Virus record (IMG/VR): IMGVR_UViG_3300035698_025127
Location: 55,933 to 119,932 of that record
Strand: one strand, 5' to 3'
DNA: 64,000 nt
Origin: a virus
Both the position numbers and the translations under genes were made by a program. The notes beneath the pieces were generated by a model. It did not search any database. It was given only the letters and a program-made list of their open reading frames with translations, and was not told where the DNA came from. Shown piece after piece: positions 31,023 to 40,510 of the stretch (positions are counted from its first letter, which is position 1; every line of letters starts with the position of its first letter).

Positions 31023-31345
31023 CAGATATTTTGGTACAATGTAAAAGTGTAAAAGGTGTTGATCCAACAGTTGTAACTTTCCGTGATGTGGAAACTGGTG
31101 AAGAACTTATTGAACGTATTTATACGGGTACTATTAAGCAAATTACCAAAAAATTGGGCGCGCCTGACAGGTGGAAGCGTAGTATTTTTCGCCTTAAGGT
31201 TTCCAATTACCAACATGTCAATGCCGCAACAAAACACTCTAGTCGTTTTGTTCAGTCTGTGAACCCCGCATCCTTTGGGGATGTAAAGCGTATTTGTGAC
31301 GAACTCAATAAAAAGAAAGAGGAGAAAAAATCCAATGCTGTTTAA
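31019..31345 (+). CDS. hypothetical protein
   Basis: GGAGG SD, TTG start. Confidence 0.6.
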   Translation: MTDILVQCKSVKGVDPTVVTFRDVETGEELIERIYTGTIKQITKKLGAPDRWKRSIFRLKVSNYQHVNAATKHSSRFVQSVNPASFGDVKRICDELNKKKEEKKSNAV

Positions 31346-31946
31346 AGCCGATTATGAAAATGGTTGTTTTGTTTCTACAAAAAAATTCGCAAAAAAATAT
31401 GCCGATTTTATACGCATGTTGAATACTTTTGTCATTTCGGATGGCAAAGTTTATGTGCCATTTACTGCACAAAAACTGGCAAACGAATTCTTTGAGAAAA
31501 TGAATGCAGACATTGAATTTGAAGACATTGATGAAAAGTATCATGTCCCCTATGTGCAGATTGATGGCGATAATATGTTGAAAGTATATGTCGCTACTTA
31601 TAACTTGGGATCTATTCTTAGTTCTCATTTTCTTCGTGAAGATTCCAAAAAAGGATTTTTCAAGATCAGAATTCACCCCAACTATAACGAACTTCTTGAA
31701 AGTCTGAAAAAAGAATTCGGCGGCTTTTCCGCAGATGAAAATTTTTCCGATACAATGACAGAGTTGGTCGCTAACCTTAAAGACTTGGGTGATGAAAACG
31801 ATTCCGAAGACGAACGGACCCGAAATATTATTCGGGCCATGATTGTAAGAATCGCAAATCAGGAAAATATTGAACTGAATGCGGCTGGAAAAGAATATGT
31901 GGAAGGCCTCAAAGAAATAACCCCTAGCCGTTACTGGGACTTTTAA
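31335..31946 (+). CDS. hypothetical protein
   Basis: AGGAG SD. Confidence 0.65.
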   Translation: MLFKADYENGCFVSTKKFAKKYADFIRMLNTFVISDGKVYVPFTAQKLANEFFEKMNADIEFEDIDEKYHVPYVQIDGDNMLKVYVATYNLGSILSSHFLREDSKKGFFKIRIHPNYNELLESLKKEFGGFSADENFSDTMTELVANLKDLGDENDSEDERTRNIIRAMIVRIANQENIELNAAGKEYVEGLKEITPSRYWDF

Positions 31947-31995
31947 TAACAAGCCGTTACCAAAACTTTTAATTAACTAACAAAAAGGACATACA

Positions 31996-32601
31996 ATGTG
32001 TATTATCGGACTAAAGACGATCGGGCAAGAAACCCCCTCACTTAACACACTTCGCGGCTGTTTTAATAGCAATCGCGATGGCGCAGGAATTGCCATTGTA
32101 CGAAATGATAAAGTGGAAGTTCACAAAGGATTTATGAACTGGGGAGACTTTGAAACGGCAGTAAATGTACTTCAGATTGACAAAAATGAACTTGCCATGT
32201 ATCACTTTCGTTTTGGTACTGCAGGCGAAAATAACCAGGCAAATACCCACCCTTTCCCTGTTTGGCCTGTGGACAAGACGCAATTGCGATGGACAAGTTA
32301 TACAGCAAAAGCTGCAATGTCGCATAACGGCATTATGAGCAAATACGGTGGCTATTGGAAACAAGGCAAAGTGGATGAATATTCCGACACTCAGCTTTTT
32401 GTATATGACCAGCTTCGCCACTATACCTTGGCTGACTTATATACCAATGAAACCGTCAAGGAACTCGGTACCCTTATTAATGGTGGTAACAAACTGGCAA
32501 TTATTACCGAGGATAACAAGTATATTCTCGTCAATGAACAGGCTGGAGTTTGGGACCAGGGAATGTGGTGGAGCAACCCCGGATACAAAATATACTGTTG
32601 A
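31996..32601 (+). CDS. class II (Ntn) glutamine amidotransferase
   Basis: N-terminal MC, NRDGAG, HFRFGTAG, NTHPF, HNG, SDT. Confidence 0.85.
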   Translation: MCIIGLKTIGQETPSLNTLRGCFNSNRDGAGIAIVRNDKVEVHKGFMNWGDFETAVNVLQIDKNELAMYHFRFGTAGENNQANTHPFPVWPVDKTQLRWTSYTAKAAMSHNGIMSKYGGYWKQGKVDEYSDTQLFVYDQLRHYTLADLYTNETVKELGTLINGGNKLAIITEDNKYILVNEQAGVWDQGMWWSNPGYKIYC

Positions 32602-32688
32602 ATATATCGCCTCAGATTTTGAAATAAAGTAATATTATAAAAACCCTTGACATTCGCTGTAAAGTGTGCTATAACAAAGTCATAACTT
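32585..32688 (+). repeat. 104-bp direct repeat copy 1 (contains promoter TTGACA 32647 / TATAAC 32670)
   Basis: identical by eye to 33152..33255. Confidence 0.92.
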
Positions 32689-32706
32689 AAAAAGAAAGGA
32701 AATTTC

Positions 32707-32952
32707 ATGGAACAATTTACTCTAAAATACTATCCCGCTATTATAGGTATTCTAGCCCTTTGTTTTACGGTTTATGGATATGCAGTCAGCACTACGATTG
32801 TTTACTATAGCCCGACTACTGGAAAGCCAATAGCATGTCTTTTTGAAAACGCAAAATATGAAGCTGATGCCTTTGTTTGTCAAGAGGCAATAAAAGGCAT
32901 ACATAGACGTAAATACGTTAACCCCGATTTTGCCATGGACCAAGGAGAATAA
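32707..32952 (+). CDS. small membrane protein, paralogue of 32954..33199
   Basis: TM then YYSPTTGKPIAC...CQEAIK. Confidence 0.65.
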   Translation: MEQFTLKYYPAIIGILALCFTVYGYAVSTTIVYYSPTTGKPIACLFENAKYEADAFVCQEAIKGIHRRKYVNPDFAMDQGE

Positions 32953-32953
32953 A

Positions 32954-33199
32954 ATGTTTGACAAAAATCATTTCGACGCCCGTTCAATTGTATTGTCTAT
33001 TGCAGCAATCGCGATGTTTGCTTTTCTTTTTCATATAATTCTGTCTATCCCTACTGTATATGTTAATTCCGCCACTGGAGAAAAAGTCGGTTGTAACATA
33101 AACGGCAAACAATATGCCGCTGCTTCATTTATCTGCCAGGAGGCCGTAAAAACAAAATATACTGTTGAATATATCGCCTCAGATTTTGAAATAAAGTAA
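32954..33199 (+). CDS. small membrane protein
   Basis: TM then YVNSATGEKVGC...CQEAVK. Confidence 0.65.
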   Translation: MFDKNHFDARSIVLSIAAIAMFAFLFHIILSIPTVYVNSATGEKVGCNINGKQYAAASFICQEAVKTKYTVEYIASDFEIK

Positions 33200-33255
33200 T
33201 ATTATAAAAACCCTTGACATTCGCTGTAAAGTGTGCTATAACAAAGTCATAACTT
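33152..33255 (+). repeat. 104-bp direct repeat copy 2 (promoter of the CCA gene)
   Basis: identical by eye to 32585..32688. Confidence 0.92.
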
Positions 33256-33276
33256 GAAACAAAGGAGAACAAACAA

Positions 33277-34596
33277 ATGAAAAATACAGCAGTCGAAATT
33301 GTTAAAACGCTTCAAGATAGCGGCTTTGTTGCTGTCTTTGTGGGCGGCTGCGTGCGCGATATGATTATGGGCAATACTGTAAATGACTATGATATCGCCA
33401 CTAATGCCCTCCCTGAAGAAGTCAAAGAAATTTTTCCTGATACATTTAATGTTGGAGAAGCCTTTGGTGTGGTTTGCGTGAAAAAATCGGGCCATGTTTT
33501 TGAAGTCGCAACGCTTCGGACTGAAACTGATTATACCGACGGTCGGCACCCCGAAACCGTGAAGTATTCCAAGTCACTACACGATGACATGAAACGGCGC
33601 GATTTCACCATTAATGCAATTGCGTTTGATCCGATTACTGGAGTTTTCTTCGATGCCTTTAATGGCATGGAGGATATTAAGCGTGGTATTATTCGATCTG
33701 TAAGTGGGCCCGGAAGTAGTGCTGTACAGCGTTTCAAAGAAGATTATCTTCGCATTTTGCGCGGTATCCGTTTTGCGACACGTTTCAGCTTCAAAATCGA
33801 ACCCGATACAAAAAGCGCAATGTCTGTATGTATTAAAGGCTTAAAGGAAATTTCCATGGAGCGTATTGCCATGGAATTCCGAAAAATGTTTTCCCATAAA
33901 AATCGTGCTGATGCTTTTTTTATGCTATACGATTGTTTTGTATTTGACAGTCTTTTCCCCGAAATTATTCGGCTTGAAGACACAGAACAGAAACCGGAAT
34001 ATCACCCCGAAGGAAACGTTTTTATTCACACGCATATTGCAGTTGCATCGCTGCCCAGGGATGCAAGTTTTGCCGTTACCATGGCAACTATTCTGCACGA
34101 TATCGGCAAGCCCGATACAGTTGATGAAAACCTTTCCTGTAAGGGACATGCAGAAGTCGGCGCAGTTTTGGCAGAAAAAATCTGCCATCGTTTGAAACTT
34201 CCCAGTACGGAAATTGACTTTATTGTAAAGGCCGTTGGTTCGCATATGCGGTTTTATTCTGTCAAGGAAATGTCTTTGGCAAAACTTCGCAAACTCATTG
34301 TCGATCCGGACTTTGAAGATATGCTGACTATTCATAAAGCCGACATTGCAGCCTCTACTAAGGATCCATCCTTTGCCGATCATATCGAAAAAATCCGAGT
34401 TCAATTTGAAAATGAGCCGGTACTTCCGGCGCCCTTGGTACAAGGTCGTGATCTTATTAAGCTGGGATATAAACCATCAAAAAAGTTTGGTCCAGTATTG
34501 AAAAGTTTGTTTGACTTGCAATTGGAGCACGGCACGGAACTTAACAAGTTGTTAGAAATTGCACATAACAAAATGAAGGAGATTACAATTACATGA
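33277..34596 (+). CDS. cca: class II tRNA nucleotidyltransferase (CCA-adding/PolyA-pol family) with HD domain
   Basis: VGGCVRD, DYDIAT, RRDFTINA, EDYLRILR, ERI..E, HPEG.V..H, LHDIGK. Confidence 0.88.
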   Translation: MKNTAVEIVKTLQDSGFVAVFVGGCVRDMIMGNTVNDYDIATNALPEEVKEIFPDTFNVGEAFGVVCVKKSGHVFEVATLRTETDYTDGRHPETVKYSKSLHDDMKRRDFTINAIAFDPITGVFFDAFNGMEDIKRGIIRSVSGPGSSAVQRFKEDYLRILRGIRFATRFSFKIEPDTKSAMSVCIKGLKEISMERIAMEFRKMFSHKNRADAFFMLYDCFVFDSLFPEIIRLEDTEQKPEYHPEGNVFIHTHIAVASLPRDASFAVTMATILHDIGKPDTVDENLSCKGHAEVGAVLAEKICHRLKLPSTEIDFIVKAVGSHMRFYSVKEMSLAKLRKLIVDPDFEDMLTIHKADIAASTKDPSFADHIEKIRVQFENEPVLPAPLVQGRDLIKLGYKPSKKFGPVLKSLFDLQLEHGTELNKLLEIAHNKMKEITIT

Positions 34597-35168
34597 AAAT
34601 GCTACACGACAGCGGCTCAAAACTTGCACAAAGTCTTAAAGACTTGAGGCCATGGCTCGATACTTATGAAGGGCGAGATTCTCTTTATCAGCCAGCAGAA
34701 ATTGATAATTTGCTGGAAGAAATTCCACTTCTATTTGAACTTTCCCATGGTAAAGAAACTGCCACTTCGTTTGCTTTGACGCATAACGAAATTGAATTCA
34801 TTGATGAAAGTTACGACGGGTTTGACGAACTGGAAATTCTGGAGCGCTGCAGCCAATATGATGCAGAATTTAAAAGAGCTACCGGGGTTGACATTGACCA
34901 GATGACTATTGCTGAATCAATTAATCGCATAGAACAGTTTCTTAATTCTTTGGGCGATACCATCATTAACATTAGAGATGAGTTTAATACTGTTTGTATT
35001 GGAATTTTGGACTGCCAAAGTGGCGCGCAGCACTTCCATTGTCTTGATGAAGGAGATGTTACAGTATGTCTTTCAGCACTTCTTATGCTGGACAAACTCG
35101 AATTAACACACTTTGAAAATGTTATACTTATTCTCGACGAATATAATACCTTGGCCAATTCAGAATAG
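34593..35168 (+). CDS. acidic hypothetical protein
   Basis: 191 aa, ATGA-coupled. Confidence 0.6.
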   Translation: MKMLHDSGSKLAQSLKDLRPWLDTYEGRDSLYQPAEIDNLLEEIPLLFELSHGKETATSFALTHNEIEFIDESYDGFDELEILERCSQYDAEFKRATGVDIDQMTIAESINRIEQFLNSLGDTIINIRDEFNTVCIGILDCQSGAQHFHCLDEGDVTVCLSALLMLDKLELTHFENVILILDEYNTLANSE

Positions 35169-35439
35169 TTGCCATGGCAACGGCAATCTGGCAACTATTT
35201 CAAATTGGCAGCGCCGCGATGTTGACCCGGAATATGACGAAAACGAAGTTGAATATCACCTTTATCCGAATGATGAGGGCGATTCCTTGTGGCTTTTGAA
35301 CAGAGAACAACCCATTGAATCGCTCTTGGAATTCGGTGGAGAGTTCGAATACCGGACTGAATACGACTGTCCCACCGCTTACGGATACGAAATTAGTGCC
35401 GATACCCATGAACTGGTAGAAGTAAACACTAGCTATTAA
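35113..35439 (+). CDS. acidic hypothetical protein (start uncertain)
   Basis: coding-like 3' half, no clear start. Confidence 0.4.
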   Translation: MKMLYLFSTNIIPWPIQNSCHGNGNLATISNWQRRDVDPEYDENEVEYHLYPNDEGDSLWLLNREQPIESLLEFGGEFEYRTEYDCPTAYGYEISADTHELVEVNTSY

Positions 35440-35468
35440 AAACTGCAATAAATAAAAAAGATTTTTTT

Positions 35469-35521
35469 CCTCCGAATATATGTACGTTATACAATGTAAC
35501 AACATATACCGGAGGTTTTTT
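35469..35521 (+). terminator. long hairpin plus T-tract that includes the SD of the next gene
   Basis: CCTCCG/CGGAGG, TATATGT/ACATATA, GTTATA/TGTAAC stems, then T6. Confidence 0.7.
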
Positions 35522-35523
35522 AT

Positions 35524-36354
35524 ATGATGAAGGATATTATTAACACACCAAAACAGGATTCCCCTGTGGAGGTCGTAGAACTTAACAGTAAGCGTGTAGC
35601 AGTACCGTTTTTGGTTCCATCTAAAGGTAAACTTAGTGGAAACAATTTTGATGGGAATATTCGCTTACTCCCTATGACAGCGTCACATTTATTGATGCTA
35701 TTAACGCCAGCCCTATATAACAATGACCTTGTTTTTGTAAACATCCTGAAAGATTGTGTACTTGACTTGCCTTTTGACGTCATTGAACTTTTGACCCAAG
35801 ACAAAGACGCCATTATTATGGCAATTAGGGCAATTTCCTATGGTAATGACCACAAAATTACAGTTGAATGTGATAGCTGTGGCCATGAATATATTACCAA
35901 CGTCAACCTTGAACGTGATATTAAAGTGGATTATCTGGAAAGTGATAAGTTGAAAATGCCTATCGAAATTCCCAAAACTCTGTTAAACGAATCGAAAAGC
36001 GTCAACCTAAGATACAAGACATGGAGGGATAATATTGCAGTATCGAAAACAAGTGAGGCGCAAACTAGCGATTCACTAGATTCCAGCATTTTAGACTTTT
36101 TAGAGCTTGTAATTACTGAAGTTGAAGGTATTGGCAAAAATAGTCTTGACATCAGAGAATGGCTAAATGGCATTAGCGCCCACGATATCGGTGTGTTACT
36201 CAGTGTTGCCAATTCTGAGAAGTTTGGTATTAATGCCGAATTTACCCCGGAACCGTGTCCAAAATGTGGTCATGTATTTAAGACAATTTTTAGAACAGAC
36301 CCGTCATTTTTTCGGGCAACCGCACCTGAAGCCTTCCTTGAGGGCCTATACTAA
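35524..36354 (+). CDS. baseplate hub / tail assembly chaperone, T4 gp26-like
   Basis: PMTA...L, DKDAIIMAIRAISYG, CDSCG, CPKCG, terminal FF. Confidence 0.7.
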   Translation: MMKDIINTPKQDSPVEVVELNSKRVAVPFLVPSKGKLSGNNFDGNIRLLPMTASHLLMLLTPALYNNDLVFVNILKDCVLDLPFDVIELLTQDKDAIIMAIRAISYGNDHKITVECDSCGHEYITNVNLERDIKVDYLESDKLKMPIEIPKTLLNESKSVNLRYKTWRDNIAVSKTSEAQTSDSLDSSILDFLELVITEVEGIGKNSLDIREWLNGISAHDIGVLLSVANSEKFGINAEFTPEPCPKCGHVFKTIFRTDPSFFRATAPEAFLEGLY

Positions 36355-36388
36355 TCTTCAAGATTATTATGACGCCACTTTTCAGTGG

Positions 36389-36565
36389 ATGCGGAAACTA
36401 GAAAGTCAAGAAAAGGACCTGTATAAACAAATTCATATTTTGACGCGACACTGCCGATATGAATCGGATTTTTTATACAAGATACCGTTAAAACACTTCA
36501 ATTACATTATGGATTTCTGGAATGAAGAACAAGAAGCAAAAAAACGCGAACAAGAAACTAAATAG
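36389..36565 (+). CDS. gp51-like small baseplate assembly protein (may be reached by frameshift)
   Basis: LYKQIH.L..H..Y....LY.IP.....Y; no clear SD. Confidence 0.5.
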   Translation: MRKLESQEKDLYKQIHILTRHCRYESDFLYKIPLKHFNYIMDFWNEEQEAKKREQETK

Positions 36566-36803
36566 CGTCGATACCGATGGAAATATTTATCGTTTGTATC
36601 ATGATATTAATATGATACACGAAACGCTCGATAAAAATGACGTCTTCGAAGAAGCCATGGTACTCCACCAAAAAGATGAACTCTCGAGAACAGTAATCTA
36701 TGAAATTTCTAAAGATTCTTATAGAATTATCTGGAAAAACGGGGTTCCAAAACCAAAAACGTCATGGACACCAAAATCTTTTGGCAAGAGGAGAACAAAG
36801 TGA
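36522..36803 (+). CDS. hypothetical protein (start uncertain)
   Basis: ORF track. Confidence 0.4.
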   Translation: MKNKKQKNANKKLNSVDTDGNIYRLYHDINMIHETLDKNDVFEEAMVLHQKDELSRTVIYEISKDSYRIIWKNGVPKPKTSWTPKSFGKRRTK

Positions 36804-37030
36804 AATCAAACTTTGGAGGTGACATTATTGACGTCGCAAATTGTTTTGCCGAATATTGGCATTTTAACAAGAAGAAGTCTATTATTATAAGATTTTACGA
36901 GGATGATGCTTTTATTGACGTCAGAAACTATAATGTTAGTCCGAGTTTGTCCCCCGTTCAAGTTAAATTGTTTGTTGAAAACAGGCTAAATGAAGTATTG
37001 CCATCACTATGTGCTAGCGATAGTCGATAA
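36800..37030 (+). CDS. hypothetical protein
   Basis: AGGAG SD before GTG. Confidence 0.55.
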   Translation: MKSNFGGDIIDVANCFAEYWHFNKKKSIIIRFYEDDAFIDVRNYNVSPSLSPVQVKLFVENRLNEVLPSLCASDSR

Positions 37031-37090
37031 TGGGCCGCAAATAGCCCTAGAATCAACTCTAATCAGTTTTTTACAACAGATAAGCATAAC

Positions 37091-37134
37091 AAAAAGAAAG
37101 GCCCTAGCGATTAAGCTAAGGCCTTTTTTCTTTT
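37091..37134. terminator. bidirectional terminator
   Basis: AAAGGCCcTAGC-gattaa-GCTAaGGCCTTT flanked by A and T runs. Confidence 0.8.
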
Positions 37135-37280
37135 GTCATGATTTCCTCTTAATCTTCGCCAGTTATGGCATTACGCGTGATTTTCTCCTAGGAATAGCAA
37201 AGGTCAGTAGGAAGAAGCTGCCGTTTTTTGGACAACGGGTTTCTATTTGTTTCGGATTTTTAAGTAATACAGTTTCATTT

Positions 37281-37505
37281 TTATTTTCCCTTGCAAAGAT
37301 GACAGTTGGGGTGAAGTTTGCCATGGCGAATTTCATCAGTAATATCTCTCATATTAAATGGGTCCACACAATTCCAATATGGCTCGAAAGTAGTTCCAAA
37401 ATTGACTGCCAAGCCACACCCTTCACACTTTTCCCGTTTTTTCCCCTGTATGATTTTCAACATTGTCACAAGGCCATCAGCGGGGTGTGATTCATGATTT
37501 GCCAT
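37281..37505 (-). CDS. small Cys-containing hypothetical protein
   Basis: CEGC...CHLC. Confidence 0.45.
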   Translation of the reverse strand: MANHESHPADGLVTMLKIIQGKKREKCEGCGLAVNFGTTFEPYWNCVDPFNMRDITDEIRHGKLHPNCHLCKGK

Positions 37506-37580
37506 TATTCGCTACAGGAAATGCATAAACAACCATAATTATGGCGAATATGCATGTTAATACTTTTTTAAAAATTGTCA

Positions 37581-37925
37581 TTACTCCTCTACGCTAATCT
37601 CAATGTCGTTAACATCGGCTTCGCACCGGTAGCCCTTCGAACCAGCCCAAACAACCGTCGGGTCTTCCGACGGCATGTAGTTATAGTCTCCGGGCTTAAA
37701 ATTGCCCTCAATACCAGGGTGGAATGACTTGACAGTAATAGTCGTTGCTCGTTTCGAAATGTAATCGCCGGAAGACCCACAACTTTTTATATAAACGCCT
37801 TCGGGAATCCGCACTTTCATACCCCGCCGAATACCGGGAATTGCAATTCTTCCGTCCTGCCAATAGGCACCTTTAAGTGTCGAGTAAACATCGGTATACT
37901 TTTTCCAAACTTTCATGATTTCCAT
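37581..37925 (-). CDS. hypothetical early protein
   Basis: GGAG SD, own promoter. Confidence 0.65.
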   Translation of the reverse strand: MEIMKVWKKYTDVYSTLKGAYWQDGRIAIPGIRRGMKVRIPEGVYIKSCGSSGDYISKRATTITVKSFHPGIEGNFKPGDYNYMPSEDPTVVWAGSKGYRCEADVNDIEISVEE

Positions 37926-37944
37926 AATTAGCTCCATTCATTTG

Positions 37945-37994
37945 TTTGTTTTTCAATCTTGAATAAACTATACCATACTTTTAAAGAATGTCAA
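37945..37994 (-). promoter_or_regulatory. promoter (16-bp spacer) plus GATTGA leader
   Basis: TTGACA-16-TATAGT then gattgaaaaacaaac. Confidence 0.8.
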
Positions 37995-38042
37995 GGAAAA
38001 AAACGTCTTTTTTTGCACTATTCGTGTTTTTTTTCTTGTTTC

Positions 38043-38339
38043 TTATAATTCAGCTTCGAATAAGCTACAAAGGGCGTTACGCTGTATACCGGTAAAAGTG
38101 TTTTCGCGTGTAATTTTGAACCCCGAAACTAATACTAACCTTACTTTATAGTTATCACTATTACGCGTGATTTTCGCATAATTATACTTTTTGCTTCCGG
38201 TAAATCTGAAACCCAAGGCAATTTCTTTTGTTCCGCAAGTAGATACAATTTTGGCATTAATTTTGCGCATTAAGCTATTTCCTAAATCGCTGCTAATGTC
38301 ATTTGTTGGTTGCAATCTCTGCCTTAAAATATAACTCAT
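38043..38339 (-). CDS. hypothetical early protein
   Basis: GAGG SD, own promoter. Confidence 0.65.
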   Translation of the reverse strand: MSYILRQRLQPTNDISSDLGNSLMRKINAKIVSTCGTKEIALGFRFTGSKKYNYAKITRNSDNYKVRLVLVSGFKITRENTFTGIQRNALCSLFEAEL

Positions 38340-38357
38340 GATTAGCCTCGTTCCAAA

Positions 38358-38410
38358 TAGTTTGTCAATCAACCATGAATAAACTATAGCATAGAAAACC
38401 AGAATGTCAA
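38358..38410 (-). promoter_or_regulatory. promoter (16-bp spacer) plus GGTTGATTGACAAACTA leader
   Basis: TTGACA-16-TATAGT. Confidence 0.8.
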
Positions 38411-38423
38411 GGGGGAATTGCTA

Positions 38424-39866
38424 TTACCATAAAAAATGTTTTATTTCGAATTTCATTAATGGTATTTCTGTCAAAAATGACAAAATCAAAATACCAAGAA
38501 AAATATACATATTCATTTTTGTTTTCTTATTCAGAACAACATTATAAATGGCACACAAAGTCAAAAAACTGGTAAACACTGTTAGCGAATTCCATCTACC
38601 CATATCCCAAGCCACAAAGTGCAAAAGTTGTGGTGAGAGCGAAGACACAATAGAAAACGGTATTTTCCAAATCATTTTATTTTGTTTTAACAAAGAAGTT
38701 GATAACCACATCATATAAAAAATGAGTGGCAATATCCCTGCCAGTTGAGGCAACAAATTATTTTTGTACTCTTGCCACATAATAATGTGCTTTACTCTAT
38801 TGTCAGACATATCACGAGTGATAACGTCAAATACATAATAGTTTATACGATAATCTGTTTTTTGTATTATATTTGCAATCATTAAATATTTGTCATGTTC
38901 TAATACTGTAACTCCAGAAACCCACAATGTTAGCCCCAATACTGCTATTGCTATTAAAACAATAGCCAGCATTCTTTTGTATGACATATCATATACTAGC
39001 AGAGACATAAAAGCAACGGGGGCAAAAATAACAATCATCCCTTCATGAACGAAAACCAAAGCAACAAATAATATTAACGTCAATACAAGTTTAATCATGA
39101 AATTTCTGTTGAGTAATATTATCAAAACACATAATAGACCAATGTGATCAAAATAACCAATTGTACTAGCAAAAAACATTACTGTTGAGCTTGCAAAAAC
39201 CACAAAAGATATTAGTGCCATATTTCGACATTGTTTAAAATACGATTTTATAAACATAAATAGTAACAAAATGCTTAACGCCGATATAATGTGAGCAACT
39301 ACACTAACATTCCAATCGTATCTATCAAAACACAAATTCAAAATATAACCAACCAAACCTCTTTTTGCAAAACCGACGTCATAATTGATTAACATTTGGG
39401 TTGCCGGCCAATCATGAAGGCCATCATAACCGGACCAAAAAGATATACAAAAAAAAGTAATAGTTGCAATAAATAGCCACTTCAAATTGGCACTGGAAAT
39501 AATGGCAAATACACGCACTCTGTTTGAAATAAGCATATATCCTGATAACACAGATAAAAATATTGATATTACTATCATGTTTTTGACAAGTTCCATATCA
39601 CCGCTATACAAAACTATTTTCATGCATAATATAGTATACGCAACTATACAAACAGTGATATATTTATTGTTGTAGTATTTGTCATATTTTAACAAATACA
39701 AGATTGATGATGCAAACATAAAAAAATAAATGGGCTGAACATTACAACAATCGCCCATTATAATTGATAGCAGCCACGATATGGCATTATTCAAAAGGAA
39801 TAAAGCTGCCGAAACTAGCAATATTTTCACTACTGCGATTTCTATTCCATTGTATTTGCAACTCAT
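38424..39866 (-). CDS. polytopic membrane protein, GT-C glycosyltransferase-like (putative)
   Basis: more than 10 TM segments; NYDVGFAKRGLVG, VHEG, DMGRW loop motifs. Confidence 0.55.
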   Translation of the reverse strand: MSCKYNGIEIAVVKILLVSAALFLLNNAISWLLSIIMGDCCNVQPIYFFMFASSILYLLKYDKYYNNKYITVCIVAYTILCMKIVLYSGDMELVKNMIVISIFLSVLSGYMLISNRVRVFAIISSANLKWLFIATITFFCISFWSGYDGLHDWPATQMLINYDVGFAKRGLVGYILNLCFDRYDWNVSVVAHIISALSILLLFMFIKSYFKQCRNMALISFVVFASSTVMFFASTIGYFDHIGLLCVLIILLNRNFMIKLVLTLILFVALVFVHEGMIVIFAPVAFMSLLVYDMSYKRMLAIVLIAIAVLGLTLWVSGVTVLEHDKYLMIANIIQKTDYRINYYVFDVITRDMSDNRVKHIIMWQEYKNNLLPQLAGILPLIFYMMWLSTSLLKQNKMIWKIPFSIVSSLSPQLLHFVAWDMGRWNSLTVFTSFLTLCAIYNVVLNKKTKMNMYIFLGILILSFLTEIPLMKFEIKHFLW

Positions 39867-39907
39867 AGTATTTACCTTTTGTTTGTCAATCTCACACTTA
39901 CAAACAA

Positions 39908-39936
39908 ACTATAATACGTAACGCCACAAATGTCAA
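39908..39936 (-). promoter_or_regulatory. sigma70-type promoter
   Basis: TTGACA-17-TATAGT; leader gattgacaaac. Confidence 0.75.
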
Positions 39937-40510
39937 GAAAAAAACCAAGTATTAAGATAAAAGATTAGGGCTTTAAAATTTCGACGGGCCACGGGTTTCA
40001 TATTATTTTCCAATCACAAAAGTCAAATTAATGCAGTCGATATCTTCTTGACTGTCAAGATTGTACATGTCAATTTGATGGCCTTTCTTTGACCGAATAT
40101 ACAATTTTCCGCCGATCATTTCTGCAATACGAGAACCTTTTCCGTTTGCAAAATACAATTTTACTTGTTTCTTGTTAGCCCCAAAAATTCGTTTCAATTT
40201 TTCAACAGTATTCAATGTCTTCTCCAATTTTACACCATATCTTTTTAGTAACCGTCTTACGTTCAATTTCCGTACAGACTGCACAGACTGCCCAGCCATC
40301 ATCTGAATTTTGATAATCAAACTGAATATCATTATCGCCCGAATCGCGGTAGAAAGTAACGCCATTAAAATATATTTTGTCCTTAAACATAAAAATCAAT
40401 CTGACTACGCCATAGTCAAAATTATGAAAAAATAGCATTCCGAAAAGTCTTATTTTTGAGCAGTGCCATCCACATTGAGCGGTTGCGCGATTCGGCAAAA
40501 AGCCGAAATT

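Noticed and set aside
40003-40510. ORFs downstream of the rtcB remnant
   Set aside because: Overlapping fragments without clear starts; cannot tell which frame is real.
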